From Caedibacter taeniospiralis (lineage in GTDB: Bacteria > Pseudomonadota > Gammaproteobacteria > Francisellales > Francisellaceae), in the NCBI RefSeq assembly GCF_002803295.2, contig NZ_PGGB02000012.1, positions 6,364-38,363 of the forward strand: 32,000 nucleotides of DNA, written 5' to 3'. Below, in pieces: positions 8,235 to 17,998 of the stretch. The stretch's first letter is position 1. Every line of letters starts with the position of its first letter. The notes under the pieces were generated by a model that was given only the letters and a program-made list of their open reading frames with translations, had not been told where the DNA came from and did not search any database. Position numbers and translations under genes: made by a program.

Positions 8235-9647
8235 CTAAAGATAGTTGTAAAAAATCTTGATCACGGCATCTTCAAACATGCGTGCCTTAACGCGCTGTTT
8301 GCGACTTAGATCATTTAACATAATTGAAAAGCTAATAAGGTGATTTTGTCTGGTAAGCAGGTAGCCTGAAAGAGTCGACACGCCAGCAAGGGTCCCTGTT
8401 TTGGCGTGTACTCGCCTTTGGAGTTTTCCGCCCATGCGATAAGCTAAACTACCATCTTCACCTGAGCTGGGAAGTGCTTGATAAAAGCGTTTACCAATAC
8501 TGCTGTTATAGACTTTTGTTAATAGCTCAACCATGAAAGCAGGGGTGACCGAATCAAGCTTTGAAAGACCTGAACCATCTTCCATGTGTAGCCCACCTGT
8601 TGTGTCGATGGCATAGGTTTTTTTTATGAGTGATTCTACGGTTTGAGTGCCTGCTGCAGTACTGCCTTGACCTAACTGGGTGTGACCGATCGTTCTCAGG
8701 AAGCTTTCAGCGTAGAGATTATCTGACTTTAGCAGCATATGCGTAATTAAATCATCCAAAGATGCCGAAGATGTTGATGCAACTAGAGTAAGCTGAGATT
8801 TATCAGGCAACTTACCAAAAATAGTATTTCCATAATGGGAAATTCCGACCTCCGATAAAAAGCCATCAATGCTTTGTTTTGTTTTTAAAGCAGGGTTAGC
8901 AATGGCAAGCTTAAGATAAAATTCAGCTTTTTGAGGCAAACAGCCTGATAAATTAAGGACGTTGTCACGCGTCATTTGTATATCAAAAGCGCAGCTCTTA
9001 CGATCACTTGCCGAGGCTAGCTTAGTCGTGTTATTGATGGTGATATTACTGGTGTTGGCGATTTTTTTAACTTCGGTATTATTGCCACTAGTGTTCACCA
9101 GTTTAATGACAAGGCAGTTTTTATTCATATTGAGCGTGGAAGCAGGGGCTGCAAAGCAATAGGGGATATCATTTTTATCCCAACCATTAGGCGTGTAGTC
9201 ACCCGAAAAATGATTTGCAATTAAGATGACATCACCGTTGATTCTTGTGATTCCATGTTGCTTGACTTGGGAAATTAAGTTATATAGTGATGCGCCAGTT
9301 AAACTAGGGTCTCCCGTAAACTCGATGTACAAGTTACCGTTTAAAATGCCATGGTTATATTGGGCGCTTGCATAAAAAACGCTAGTGGTAAATTGGAAAT
9401 TTTTAGGCAAAGCGGTGAGTGCAGCAATTGCCGTAAATATTTTATTGTTACTTGCAGGGATAAATTGGTGGGTTTCAGAGTATGTGTAAAGCATTCCCCC
9501 TGAGCTGACTTGTTTGGCAGCAATACCGATAGACACATCAGATAAGCGATACGTTTTCACTAAAGATTGAATTTCACTACGCATTGAGGCAAAGGATAGG
9601 GCTATTGTGCTTATAACAGCACAAGTAATAAGGATTATCTTTTTCAC
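8235..9647 (-). CDS. dacB: D-alanyl-D-alanine carboxypeptidase/endopeptidase (PBP4 family)
   Basis: SxxK in PASNNKIFTAIAALTAL, SDN in LLKSDNLYAESFLR, KTG in RVHAKTGTLAGVSTLSGYL; N-terminal signal peptide. Confidence 0.92.
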   Translation of the reverse strand: MKKIILITCAVISTIALSFASMRSEIQSLVKTYRLSDVSIGIAAKQVSSGGMLYTYSETHQFIPASNNKIFTAIAALTALPKNFQFTTSVFYASAQYNHGILNGNLYIEFTGDPSLTGASLYNLISQVKQHGITRINGDVILIANHFSGDYTPNGWDKNDIPYCFAAPASTLNMNKNCLVIKLVNTSGNNTEVKKIANTSNITINNTTKLASASDRKSCAFDIQMTRDNVLNLSGCLPQKAEFYLKLAIANPALKTKQSIDGFLSEVGISHYGNTIFGKLPDKSQLTLVASTSSASLDDLITHMLLKSDNLYAESFLRTIGHTQLGQGSTAAGTQTVESLIKKTYAIDTTGGLHMEDGSGLSKLDSVTPAFMVELLTKVYNSSIGKRFYQALPSSGEDGSLAYRMGGKLQRRVHAKTGTLAGVSTLSGYLLTRQNHLISFSIMLNDLSRKQRVKARMFEDAVIKIFYNYL

Positions 9648-9735
9648 ACTAATAACTATTTTTGACTATCGATTTTTAAAGATGTCGCCGATAATAGCAA
9701 GTTTTAGAAATGATTGTAATCTGTGATTCGGCATT

Positions 9736-10101
9736 ATGTATAAGCTTAAATTAAAGAACGTTATCATAAATGCCTATTTAGGGGTTTATGACTTTGAGCA
9801 ACAGACAGCCCAGGAGGTTTTGTTAGATTTGTGTGTTGCTTATCATCAGATACCCAAGGGGTGTTTCAGTGATCAACTTGAAGACACCGTGTGTTATGCT
9901 GACATTAATGCACTTTTAATTCAAACTGCATTAAAAAAACGCTATCAGTTGATAGAGCATCTGGCATACACTTTACTACATGCTGTAGTCGATATGTTGA
10001 AAGAGTACAGTGTTGATATATATCTTGAACTGCATAAAAAACCACCCTTGGATAATGTTTCTGTGGCAAGCTTTTGTGTGGAGCATTTATGTACCAGGTA
10101 G
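9736..10101 (+). CDS. folB: Dihydroneopterin aldolase
   Basis: KLKLKNVIINAYLGVYDFEQQTAQEVLLDL, ...LIEHLAYTLLHAVVD, LELHKKPPLDNVSVASF. Confidence 0.9.
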   Translation: MYKLKLKNVIINAYLGVYDFEQQTAQEVLLDLCVAYHQIPKGCFSDQLEDTVCYADINALLIQTALKKRYQLIEHLAYTLLHAVVDMLKEYSVDIYLELHKKPPLDNVSVASFCVEHLCTR

Positions 10102-11396
10102 TGTTGGGTCTGGGGAGTAATATGGGGCAAAAGCTTCATTATTTACGTCAAGCAGTCATGTTAATTGCACAGGAACTTGGTGAGATTAAAAAATTTTCAC
10201 CGATCTATCAAACAAAAGCATTATTGCCTAATAATGCCCAGAGTAACTGGGATATTGATTATTATAATGTAGCCGTTTTAATCAGTACGACCCTCTCCCC
10301 TGAAAGGCTGCTAGATAGCATCAAGCGTATTGAAATACAACTCGGGCGTGATCCAAATCATGCGTTTTGGTCACCAAGAGAAATTGACATTGATATTCTC
10401 TGTTACGATGACTTAGTCTATCAGAGTGAGCGGCTGCAGATCCCACATCGGTACCTGTTGGAGCGAAACTTTGCTTTACAGCCCCTCCTGGATGTATGGT
10501 CAAATTGGTGCTATTCAGAGCGCGCTATCAACCTGTATGCCAGGCTTAAAACCATGCCAGCATTAACAATGGCACCATTTACCTTGTCTGGCAGCCAAAT
10601 TATGGCAATCGTTAATTTATCGGCAGACTCGTTTTCTACACACGCGGAAGGCGTTGTAGCGATAGAGCAATTTGCACAATATATTGTCAATCTTGTGAAC
10701 TTGGGTGCGGAAGTGATTGATTTAGGTGCCGAGAGCACAAAACCAAATGCTATTGCAAAATCAGCAGAAAATCATTGGCAGACCCTTATGCCCTATCTTG
10801 AGATTGTCAATGAGCTCGTTAAAACAAAAATACTTCCACTTCATCTTCAGGTCAGTATTGACACGTATCATGCAGGGGTCGTTGAGAAAGCATTAGCATA
10901 TGAGTGTGTGACGATGATTAATGATGTTTATGGTATTGAAGAACAAGAAATAGCAAAATTGCTCTCAAATAAACCGATAGCATATGTTTTTATGCACCAG
11001 CTGGGTAAAGCAGGTACTGAGTACTTGAGTCCAGATAGAGATCCAGTGGAGGAGCTTATTAGCTATGGGCAGGGTAAAATTACAAAACTGCTTGGCTATG
11101 GACTTAAGCGTGAGCAGTTAATTTTTGATATGGGTATTGGTTTTGGTAAGTATCCGTATCAGGCGCAACATCTCTTGCAACATGTGGAGAAAATAAAAGC
11201 GAGTCTTGGGATAAGCCTTCTTGTCGGGCACTCACGTAAAGCTTCTGTGATGCCGTGTGTTATAGGAGCTAATAATGACCTAAAAGATCTGGCAACAGCA
11301 ATGATCACCAGGTCGTTGATTCATAAAAATATCGATTACATTCGTGTGCATAATGTCAGTTTTGCGCGCGTGGCTAAACAGTTACCCTTCATGTAG
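10089..11396 (+). CDS. folK-folP: Fused HPPK-DHPS: 6-hydroxymethyl-7,8-dihydropterin pyrophosphokinase / dihydropteroate synthase
   Basis: N-terminal MYQVVLGLGSNMGQKLHYLRQAV, FWSPREIDIDILCYDD (HPPK); C-terminal IMAIVNLSADSFS, GAEVIDLGAESTKP, MINDVYGI, DMGIGFGKYPYQ, VGHSRK, RVHNV (DHPS). The track start is 10074; the ATG at 10089 fits HPPK better. Confidence 0.9.
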   Translation: MYQVVLGLGSNMGQKLHYLRQAVMLIAQELGEIKKFSPIYQTKALLPNNAQSNWDIDYYNVAVLISTTLSPERLLDSIKRIEIQLGRDPNHAFWSPREIDIDILCYDDLVYQSERLQIPHRYLLERNFALQPLLDVWSNWCYSERAINLYARLKTMPALTMAPFTLSGSQIMAIVNLSADSFSTHAEGVVAIEQFAQYIVNLVNLGAEVIDLGAESTKPNAIAKSAENHWQTLMPYLEIVNELVKTKILPLHLQVSIDTYHAGVVEKALAYECVTMINDVYGIEEQEIAKLLSNKPIAYVFMHQLGKAGTEYLSPDRDPVEELISYGQGKITKLLGYGLKREQLIFDMGIGFGKYPYQAQHLLQHVEKIKASLGISLLVGHSRKASVMPCVIGANNDLKDLATAMITRSLIHKNIDYIRVHNVSFARVAKQLPFM

Positions 11397-11418
11397 GGTA
11401 TAGGTGAAAATTTAAGGA

Positions 11419-11886
11419 TTATTTCTTAGTGCTTTTTAGGTTATCCCAAGACTTTTGCCAGCGATCAATGTTATCTCGAGCCACAGTATTGAAATAATCA
11501 CCAGGACTCATTGCAGAGCTGTTTTTTTTGCTTAAGGCTTCAGATGTCTGCTTCTGCCCCAGGTACAAATCAAGCGTTTTATTAAAACATAACACCAGTG
11601 TGTGTTGCATGTCGGTGCCATAAGACTTAATGACATGAGCTAAAAAATCATTGCTAAACATTTGTCGTGGGCTGTTCTCTTCCAGATCATTAATTATCTG
11701 CATTAATACGCTTCGGGTGATGTCCTTACCTGTTTTGTTTTCGATAACCACAATATTTTCGTGCTCAAGAACAAGCTTATGCACCCCTTCGGTAGTGATG
11801 TAGCAACTGGTTTGAGTGTCATACAAGCGCCGATTAGGATATTTTTTAATAAAGCGGATCTTGTCTTTATCATCTTGTATTTCCAT
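11419..11886 (-). CDS. phaR: Polyhydroxyalkanoate synthesis regulator
   Basis: IRFIKKYPNRRLYDTQTSCYITTEGVHKLVLEHENIVVIENKTGKDITRSVLMQIINDLE: PHB accumulation regulatory domain. Confidence 0.9.
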   Translation of the reverse strand: MEIQDDKDKIRFIKKYPNRRLYDTQTSCYITTEGVHKLVLEHENIVVIENKTGKDITRSVLMQIINDLEENSPRQMFSNDFLAHVIKSYGTDMQHTLVLCFNKTLDLYLGQKQTSEALSKKNSSAMSPGDYFNTVARDNIDRWQKSWDNLKSTKK

Positions 11887-12118
11887 GAGAGATTATCGCC
11901 GTATTGAAAGAGTTTGTGGTCCTAGTCTATCACAGATCCATGCTTATCGGTAATTAAGAAAACAGATAGAGCAAGATAGGCAATAAAGAAAGTGCGAAAG
12001 AGATGATGCAAAAATCAAAGAATATTTGAGGTTAACGCAGAGAAATCTCATTATTCTTAGCGTATTTACGTATATACTAATGGGCGTCTTTGAATAAGGG
12101 ATAAGATTAGGAGAAACT

Positions 12119-13222
12119 ATGTCCAAGTTAGAGCAAGAACAGCATTCAAGCGGTTTTGAACACGGTAGAATTAAAGTCATTGGTGTTGGCGGCGGCGGTG
12201 GTAATGCCGTGAGTTACATGGTGGAAAAAGGTCTGCAGGGTGCCAAGATTTACGCCTTAAATACTGACAAACAAGCACTAGATAAAAATCTTGCTCCAAA
12301 TAAGGTGCAAATAGGTGAATTTATTTCTAAAGGTTTGGGTGCTGGAGCTAACCCTGAGGTGGGTTTAAAAGCAGCTCAGGAAAGTATGCATTATATTGAA
12401 GAGGCGATTGCAGATTGTGATATGTTGTTTATTACAGCAGGGATGGGGGGAGGAACTGGAACGGGTGCTGCTGGTATTATCGCCGAGGTCGCCAAACGCA
12501 AAGGTATTGTGACTGTTGGTGTGGTGACAACTCCATTTTCTTTTGAAGGGCGCAGACGTGAAGTGGTAGCAAGACAAGGAATTTCAGCACTACAGGAGCA
12601 TGTCAATTCACTTATTGTCATTCCAAATGACAAACTACGAAAATCACTGGGTGATAAGACAACCTTAATGGCTGCATTTCATGCCGCAAATGATGTTCTC
12701 TACAATGCCATGTCGTCAATGACAGGAATTATACGTACCCCTGGGCATATCAACGTTGACTTCGCCGATGTGAAAACAGTGATGGCTTCTCCTGGTTTAG
12801 CCGTTATCGGAACGGGACACGCAAGTGGCGAAGATCGGATATTAAAAGCAGTTGACAAAGCGATTTCATGTGATTTGTTGGAAGATATTGAGCTTAGAAA
12901 TGCCAAAGGTTTGTTGGTGTGTGTCACATCAAGCAATGATATTTCACTGGGAGAGTTTACTGAACTGGGAGATAAAGTGGCAGAGATTGCTTCTGCTGAT
13001 GCGCCTGTGATTATAGGAACTTCCATCAAAGAAGATATGGGTGATGCGGTTGATATTACGATTATCGTTACGGGTTTTGATGTTGATGTCACCACAGAGC
13101 GCTATAACACGATTCGCCAGGTAAAGGCGCAACAACAGCAGGCAGGATCACTGCATTTAAGCGAAGGTCAAACTCTTGCGCGTAAAGTCAATGTGGACGG
13201 TAAGCCCGATACAAATTCTTAA
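12119..13222 (+). CDS. ftsZ: Cell division protein FtsZ / FtsZ-like GTPase lacking the C-terminal peptide
   Basis: IKVIGVGGGGGNAVSYM, ALNTDKQAL, ITAGMGGGTGTGAAGIIAEVAK, GRRR, T7 loop NVDFADVKTVM. Ends VNVDGKPDTNS with no D(I/V)PxFLR-type peptide. Confidence 0.95.
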   Translation: MSKLEQEQHSSGFEHGRIKVIGVGGGGGNAVSYMVEKGLQGAKIYALNTDKQALDKNLAPNKVQIGEFISKGLGAGANPEVGLKAAQESMHYIEEAIADCDMLFITAGMGGGTGTGAAGIIAEVAKRKGIVTVGVVTTPFSFEGRRREVVARQGISALQEHVNSLIVIPNDKLRKSLGDKTTLMAAFHAANDVLYNAMSSMTGIIRTPGHINVDFADVKTVMASPGLAVIGTGHASGEDRILKAVDKAISCDLLEDIELRNAKGLLVCVTSSNDISLGEFTELGDKVAEIASADAPVIIGTSIKEDMGDAVDITIIVTGFDVDVTTERYNTIRQVKAQQQQAGSLHLSEGQTLARKVNVDGKPDTNS

Positions 13223-13234
13223 GAAATGTGCCTG

Positions 13235-13666
13235 TCATTTAAGCAGCAGCTGTTTTAGTTGATCAATATATATCGCTTCATCAGCTAAGGTCTGATATTT
13301 CTGTGAACTCCAGATAGACTCAGCCAGGTAATCCATCATATCGTGCTGCACTTTATGCTCATCCTGATATTTTGCGCAAAGCTGTTGATAAATGGTCGAA
13401 ATCCCAGAAGGTCGATTAGTCACCACCTGCTCTATCAAGCCAAGATGCAGACCCATGTGTAAAAATGGATTGGTTTCACCAAGTTCAGGTGGGAAGTCTT
13501 TGTCTAAATTATCCTGATTTGATAAATAATGCTGGTATTCAGGATGACACTCAATCACTCGTGCAATTTGTGTTTCAAGAGCACTTAGCGCTTGCTTCGT
13601 TAAGTATTTGTGCCAGCTGTCAAAATATAATTTTCTCAGTTCAAGGCGATTTGAGTTAAAAATCAT
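13235..13666 (-). CDS. DUF1841 family protein
   Basis: NPFLHMGLHLGLIEQVVTNRPSGI, HDMMDYLAESIW: typical DUF1841 motifs. 4-bp overlap with nth. Confidence 0.85.
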   Translation of the reverse strand: MIFNSNRLELRKLYFDSWHKYLTKQALSALETQIARVIECHPEYQHYLSNQDNLDKDFPPELGETNPFLHMGLHLGLIEQVVTNRPSGISTIYQQLCAKYQDEHKVQHDMMDYLAESIWSSQKYQTLADEAIYIDQLKQLLLK

Positions 13667-14301
13667 AAGTAGTCTTCTTTTTGTTTAAATTCACACAAAG
13701 CATAAATAGGGCATTGACCACATTTTGGCTTTTTTGCGGTACAAATATAGCGCCCATGCAAAATAAGCCAGTGATGTGCATTCTTTAAGAATTTTTTAGG
13801 GGTCACTTTCAGTAAGTGTTCCTCAACTTCATGCACATTTTTGCCTGGGGCAAGATTAATACGATTAGCAATACGAAAAATATGGGTATCAACCGCCATG
13901 GTGAGTTCTCCAAAAGCAGTGTTTAAGACAACGTTGGCAGTCTTGCGCCCAACGCCTGGTAATGCCTCAAGTGATTTGCGTTCATATGGTACTTGACCAT
14001 TGTGTTGCTCGATTAATATTTGACAGGTTTTAATGATATTTTTGGCTTTAGTTTTATACAAGCCAATCGATTGGATATATTCCATTAATCTGGTTTCACC
14101 CAAGGCGAGCATCGTCTTTGGTGTATTAGCGATAAGGTAAAGCTTATCAGTGGCTTTATTAACACTCGCGTCAGTTGCCTGTGCTGAGAGGATAACGGCA
14201 ATTAACAACTCAAAGCTGGAGTTATAGCGGAGTTCTGTTGTCGGATTGGGATTGTTTTGTTGCCAAATCTCAAATATTTTCTGGCGTTTTAGCTTATTCA
14301 T
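13663..14301 (-). CDS. nth: Endonuclease III
   Basis: LIAVILSAQATDASVN, LEALPGVGRKTANVVLN (HhH and catalytic Lys), VDTHIFRIANR, and a Fe-S Cys pattern CTAKKPKCGQCPIYALC. Confidence 0.97.
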   Translation of the reverse strand: MNKLKRQKIFEIWQQNNPNPTTELRYNSSFELLIAVILSAQATDASVNKATDKLYLIANTPKTMLALGETRLMEYIQSIGLYKTKAKNIIKTCQILIEQHNGQVPYERKSLEALPGVGRKTANVVLNTAFGELTMAVDTHIFRIANRINLAPGKNVHEVEEHLLKVTPKKFLKNAHHWLILHGRYICTAKKPKCGQCPIYALCEFKQKEDYL

Positions 14302-14310
14302 AAGATTGCT

Positions 14311-14934
14311 TTAATCCAATTTCTTTTTGGCTTTAAAGTTAGCAAGTGCCTGTTGAATATACGCCTTTTTATCAATGTTTAAATTGTTGAGCTCAATATT
14401 TTGCTGATGCTTTTGGGTTTCAGCAACTTTTTGCTGCTTCATGCGAAATTTACGCTGGTTGTGTTTTAGGCGATAGTGATTTTTCTGTGCTTCGTTTTGC
14501 TTATGACTTAAAAATTTTGGTTGCTTTTGCAAAGGCAGCTCACGCATCTCAATGCAATCCATAGGGCATGGCTCAACACATAAATCGCACCCTGTGCATT
14601 CTTCCTCGATGACGGTGTGCATTAATTTTTTAGCGCCAATGATGGCGTCCACTGGGCAGGCTAAAATACACTTCATGCAACCAATGCACAGATTTTCATT
14701 AATCCACGCAATTTGTTTGGGCTGATGTTTACCACAGCTTTCATCCAGTGCAAGAGTTTCCCTTTGAAGTAAGTGAGCAAGCTTATCAGCGCCTTCTTGA
14801 GCTCCAGGTGGGCAGCGATTATGTTTCTCACCATTTTTTATTGCTTTGGCGTAATCATAGCAATCCTGATAGCCGCACTTAGTACACTGAGTTTGGGGTA
14901 AAATGGCATCTATGGCGTCAACGGATACGATCAT
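14311..14934 (-). CDS. rnfB: RnfB/RsxB-like ferredoxin protein without an N-terminal membrane anchor
   Basis: [59 protein letters not shown]. The translation starts directly at the Fe-S domain. Confidence 0.9.
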   Translation of the reverse strand: MIVSVDAIDAILPQTQCTKCGYQDCYDYAKAIKNGEKHNRCPPGAQEGADKLAHLLQRETLALDESCGKHQPKQIAWINENLCIGCMKCILACPVDAIIGAKKLMHTVIEEECTGCDLCVEPCPMDCIEMRELPLQKQPKFLSHKQNEAQKNHYRLKHNQRKFRMKQQKVAETQKHQQNIELNNLNIDKKAYIQQALANFKAKKKLD

Positions 14935-14998
14935 TTAACTAACTAACTTGTCACTTTGATTTAGGCGGCATTGTAGCGTAAATCAATGAGAATATGAA

Positions 14999-15580
14999 TT
15001 ATTGCTTTCGCAATAAGCAGGCGGAAACGGCACCCTGCCTGGTTTGTTTGAGTATACTGAAATGCACCAATAAGTCTGGTGGCGTTATCGTTGGATATTC
15101 GGCATAGATTAGCGCGTCTTGGCTTATGTTTTCATTGGCAAGAATAAGGGATAATGCCTCGCTTAAAAGCTCACTTTTAAAAGGGGGGTCTAGAAAAATC
15201 AGCTGATAATTGAGGCAATGCTGCACATGACTTAAGACATTGGCGTGATAAATGTTGGCATTATCTGCGTTTAATTTATTTTTAGTATGCTCTAATTGTT
15301 TAATCGCTTGTGCATCAAGCTCAAAAAAATCACAAGATTTTGCAAGACGTGATAAGGCTTCAAAGCCAAGAGCTCCACTGCCAGCAAAGGCATCAAGGCA
15401 TTTTGCCTCAACAATGTAGGGCATAAGCCAGTTAAACAGAGTCTCACGCAGGCGATCAGAGGTGGGGCGAAGATCGGCATTTTTGCGCGCGGAAAATTCA
15501 ATGTGGTGTGCTTTATATTTTCCCGAAATAATGCGGATTTTACTTGATGACGGTGTTGTTGTCTTAGGGGGATAAGCCAT
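14999..15580 (-). CDS. rsmD: 16S rRNA (guanine966-N2)-methyltransferase
   Basis: [57 protein letters not shown]. Confidence 0.94.
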   Translation of the reverse strand: MAYPPKTTTPSSSKIRIISGKYKAHHIEFSARKNADLRPTSDRLRETLFNWLMPYIVEAKCLDAFAGSGALGFEALSRLAKSCDFFELDAQAIKQLEHTKNKLNADNANIYHANVLSHVQHCLNYQLIFLDPPFKSELLSEALSLILANENISQDALIYAEYPTITPPDLLVHFSILKQTRQGAVSACLLRKQ

Positions 15581-15585
15581 GGAAG

Positions 15586-16656
15586 TTACTCACGCATTTT
15601 CCAGAATAAAAAGCCCAGTATAACCACAAAAATAATACTTGGAATTGCTGCCCCCCAGAAGGCGGACAGGTTATAGACTAAGCTAAAGGGACCAAAGGTC
15701 TGGTTAATAATATAGAAGCTAAAACCAAACAGCATGCCAATAATAAACTTATAGCCCAAAGCAGATGAGCGCATTGAACCTAAAGAGAAAGGAACGGCGA
15801 TCAGCATGAGAATGATTAAAGACAATGGTTGGAAAAAAATCTGCCAGAATTTAAGCCAGATGCGGTTGGAGCTTTGTTGACCTTCTTTGTTAAGTTTAAT
15901 GTAGTCCACTAGTTCGTTTAAATTTAAGTATTCTGTATTTGATGTAATTATTTTTAACAGTAAAGGCGGGAGTAAATTATGCCAGTATTGCTTTTTGTCA
16001 TGATAAACAATGCTGCTGTCTTTGCCAATTTGAGTGCTAGTAACATTATTGACTTGCCACTGATCGTTTTTGAAGTTTGCATTCTCAGCATGATCAATAG
16101 CAGTAAGTTGATTGCTGTCAATCGTATATTTGGTGATGTGGTTTAACTTCCCGCTAGTATCATTTTGCCCTACATGAATGAAAGCATTACCTTCTCTGAT
16201 CCATAAAGTTTGTGTGTCATACAAAACCAGAGCTTCATTGCCGCCCGTGGCGAGCGTTTTATTTATCGTGGCTTTTTTCTGAAAGTAAGGAGCAATATAG
16301 GCGCCTGTGAGGAAAGTCAAAAAAGCCAAACCAAAAGCTGCAAGCAGAACGCCTTTGGCAATTTGCGTAATGGATTGCCCTGAGGCACGCATCACGATAA
16401 GCTCGCTGTTGTTCGCGAGGAGACCCAAGCCCATTAGTCCGCCTAAAAGTGCGCACACAGGCATGATGAGGTAAATATTAGCAGGCGCTTCATAAAGGAC
16501 GTACAAAAAGGCAGAAAGGGCAGAGAAGTTTCCTTTCCCAATGTCACCTGCCTGGGCGATATAGGTGAACAAAAAGAAAATGGCAGTCAATGCCAGAATC
16601 ATGATAAATGAGGTGTATAAGACGGTTGAAGCAACGTATAAGGTTAGGCGTTTCAT
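15586..16656 (-). CDS. lptG: LPS export ABC transporter permease LptG
   Basis: YjgP/YjgQ family topology: six hydrophobic segments around a periplasmic beta-rich domain, N-terminal [25 protein letters not shown]. Its start overlaps the stop of the upstream lptF by 4 bp. Confidence 0.9.
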   Translation of the reverse strand: MKRLTLYVASTVLYTSFIMILALTAIFFLFTYIAQAGDIGKGNFSALSAFLYVLYEAPANIYLIMPVCALLGGLMGLGLLANNSELIVMRASGQSITQIAKGVLLAAFGLAFLTFLTGAYIAPYFQKKATINKTLATGGNEALVLYDTQTLWIREGNAFIHVGQNDTSGKLNHITKYTIDSNQLTAIDHAENANFKNDQWQVNNVTSTQIGKDSSIVYHDKKQYWHNLLPPLLLKIITSNTEYLNLNELVDYIKLNKEGQQSSNRIWLKFWQIFFQPLSLIILMLIAVPFSLGSMRSSALGYKFIIGMLFGFSFYIINQTFGPFSLVYNLSAFWGAAIPSIIFVVILGFLFWKMRE

Positions 16657-17768
16657 ATTTTCCCCATTTTGCCCACTTTGCTTTTGACGGCGAAAATCTG
16701 TCCGTTATATTGCTTTAAAATGAAAAGCATAACACCTGCAAAAACAAAATGCACCCACCAAAGTCCAATCCAGCCAGGGATGTTGCCATTATTTAACCAT
16801 GACTTAGATAGTGAGAGGAGGTTAAAGTAAATGATAAAAACCAGGAGAGCTGGAATAATTTTGTTATAACGACTTTGTCGCGGTCGCATTTTACACATGG
16901 CTAACGCGATAAGGGATGACACCAGGATCGCAATAGGAAAGCTTAGACGCCACTGAAACTCAGCTTGGTAACGAGGATTGTCTGTATTGGTAAGCTCAGA
17001 TGTGGGTACAGCTTCAACCGATGCGTTGTAGTCAAGCGTAACTTTGGATGAAATAAATTGTGTAGCCTGAGCGAACTGTCCTTTTTGTAACTCAGCACTT
17101 CCTGGTCTGGCATCATAGAAATAGCCATTTGCTAACACCAAATATTGATCTCCATTAGCCTCTGTTTGGGCATAACCCGTTGGTGCGGTAATGATGGTAC
17201 TGCCATTATTTGGCTTTTGCTGATAAATAAAAATATCATGCATGGTACCATCACTATCGATGGATTTGGTATAAACCACTTGCTTCCCATCACTAAAAGG
17301 AATAATTTTCCCAGGCTGAACAAAACTGATCAGGGAGTTTTTTGTCGTTGTTTTTTGTACCAGAAAATAGTTTTGATCCATTTTAGGCAATATGGTGATC
17401 GTCAGAATCAGCTCAATGATAAATAAGCTAAGTGCTGGTATAAAAATAAACTTTAGCAGTTGAAACCAGCTGATGCCGCAAGCAAAGATAACCGTGAGTT
17501 CATTATTAGCAAACAGCTTGCCGTAGACTATTAAAATGGCAAAGAAAAAACTAATGGGTAATAGATAGGCAATGTACTTAGGTAGCATGACGGAAATCAT
17601 TTTGAACACCGCTCCTGCTTCGATGTTTCCTCCAGAGGCAATGGATAAGTAACGCACAAACATATTGCTGATGACGATCAAAAGCAAAATCAGAATAATT
17701 GCCATCGTCATATTAACAAGCTCACGGTTTAAGTAACGAAGTAATATCAAAAGAGCGTCCTCTATCAA
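16653..17768 (-). CDS. lptF: LPS export ABC transporter permease LptF
   Basis: YjgP/YjgQ family: FFFAILIVYGKLFANNELTVIFACGISWFQLL; encoded immediately upstream of lptG. Confidence 0.9.
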   Translation of the reverse strand: MIEDALLILLRYLNRELVNMTMAIILILLLIVISNMFVRYLSIASGGNIEAGAVFKMISVMLPKYIAYLLPISFFFAILIVYGKLFANNELTVIFACGISWFQLLKFIFIPALSLFIIELILTITILPKMDQNYFLVQKTTTKNSLISFVQPGKIIPFSDGKQVVYTKSIDSDGTMHDIFIYQQKPNNGSTIITAPTGYAQTEANGDQYLVLANGYFYDARPGSAELQKGQFAQATQFISSKVTLDYNASVEAVPTSELTNTDNPRYQAEFQWRLSFPIAILVSSLIALAMCKMRPRQSRYNKIIPALLVFIIYFNLLSLSKSWLNNGNIPGWIGLWWVHFVFAGVMLFILKQYNGQIFAVKSKVGKMGKI

Positions 17769-17998
17769 GTCTTTGGTTGATTAATGTAATCGCTATGCCA
17801 AAATCTTAACGCATTTTACATGAATATCCGAGAAAATCAGCGGCGTTGCCAGCGATTTCATTGGAATATTGTGATAGATTGCATGCTGTTTAATAGGGTA
17901 TTTGTTAGAGTTCCTTATTAGTCCGTCATTTTAGTTGGCGTAATCAGCGCAATTTGGTAGATTGCAGCATCAAAAGATAAGTAAAATTAAGGCATAAA

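Noticed and set aside
12391-13095. Long antisense ORFs (80 and 131 aa) opposite ftsZ
   Set aside because: Low-complexity Ser/Thr/Pro/Ile-rich shadow translations of a highly conserved gene, with no recognisable domains.
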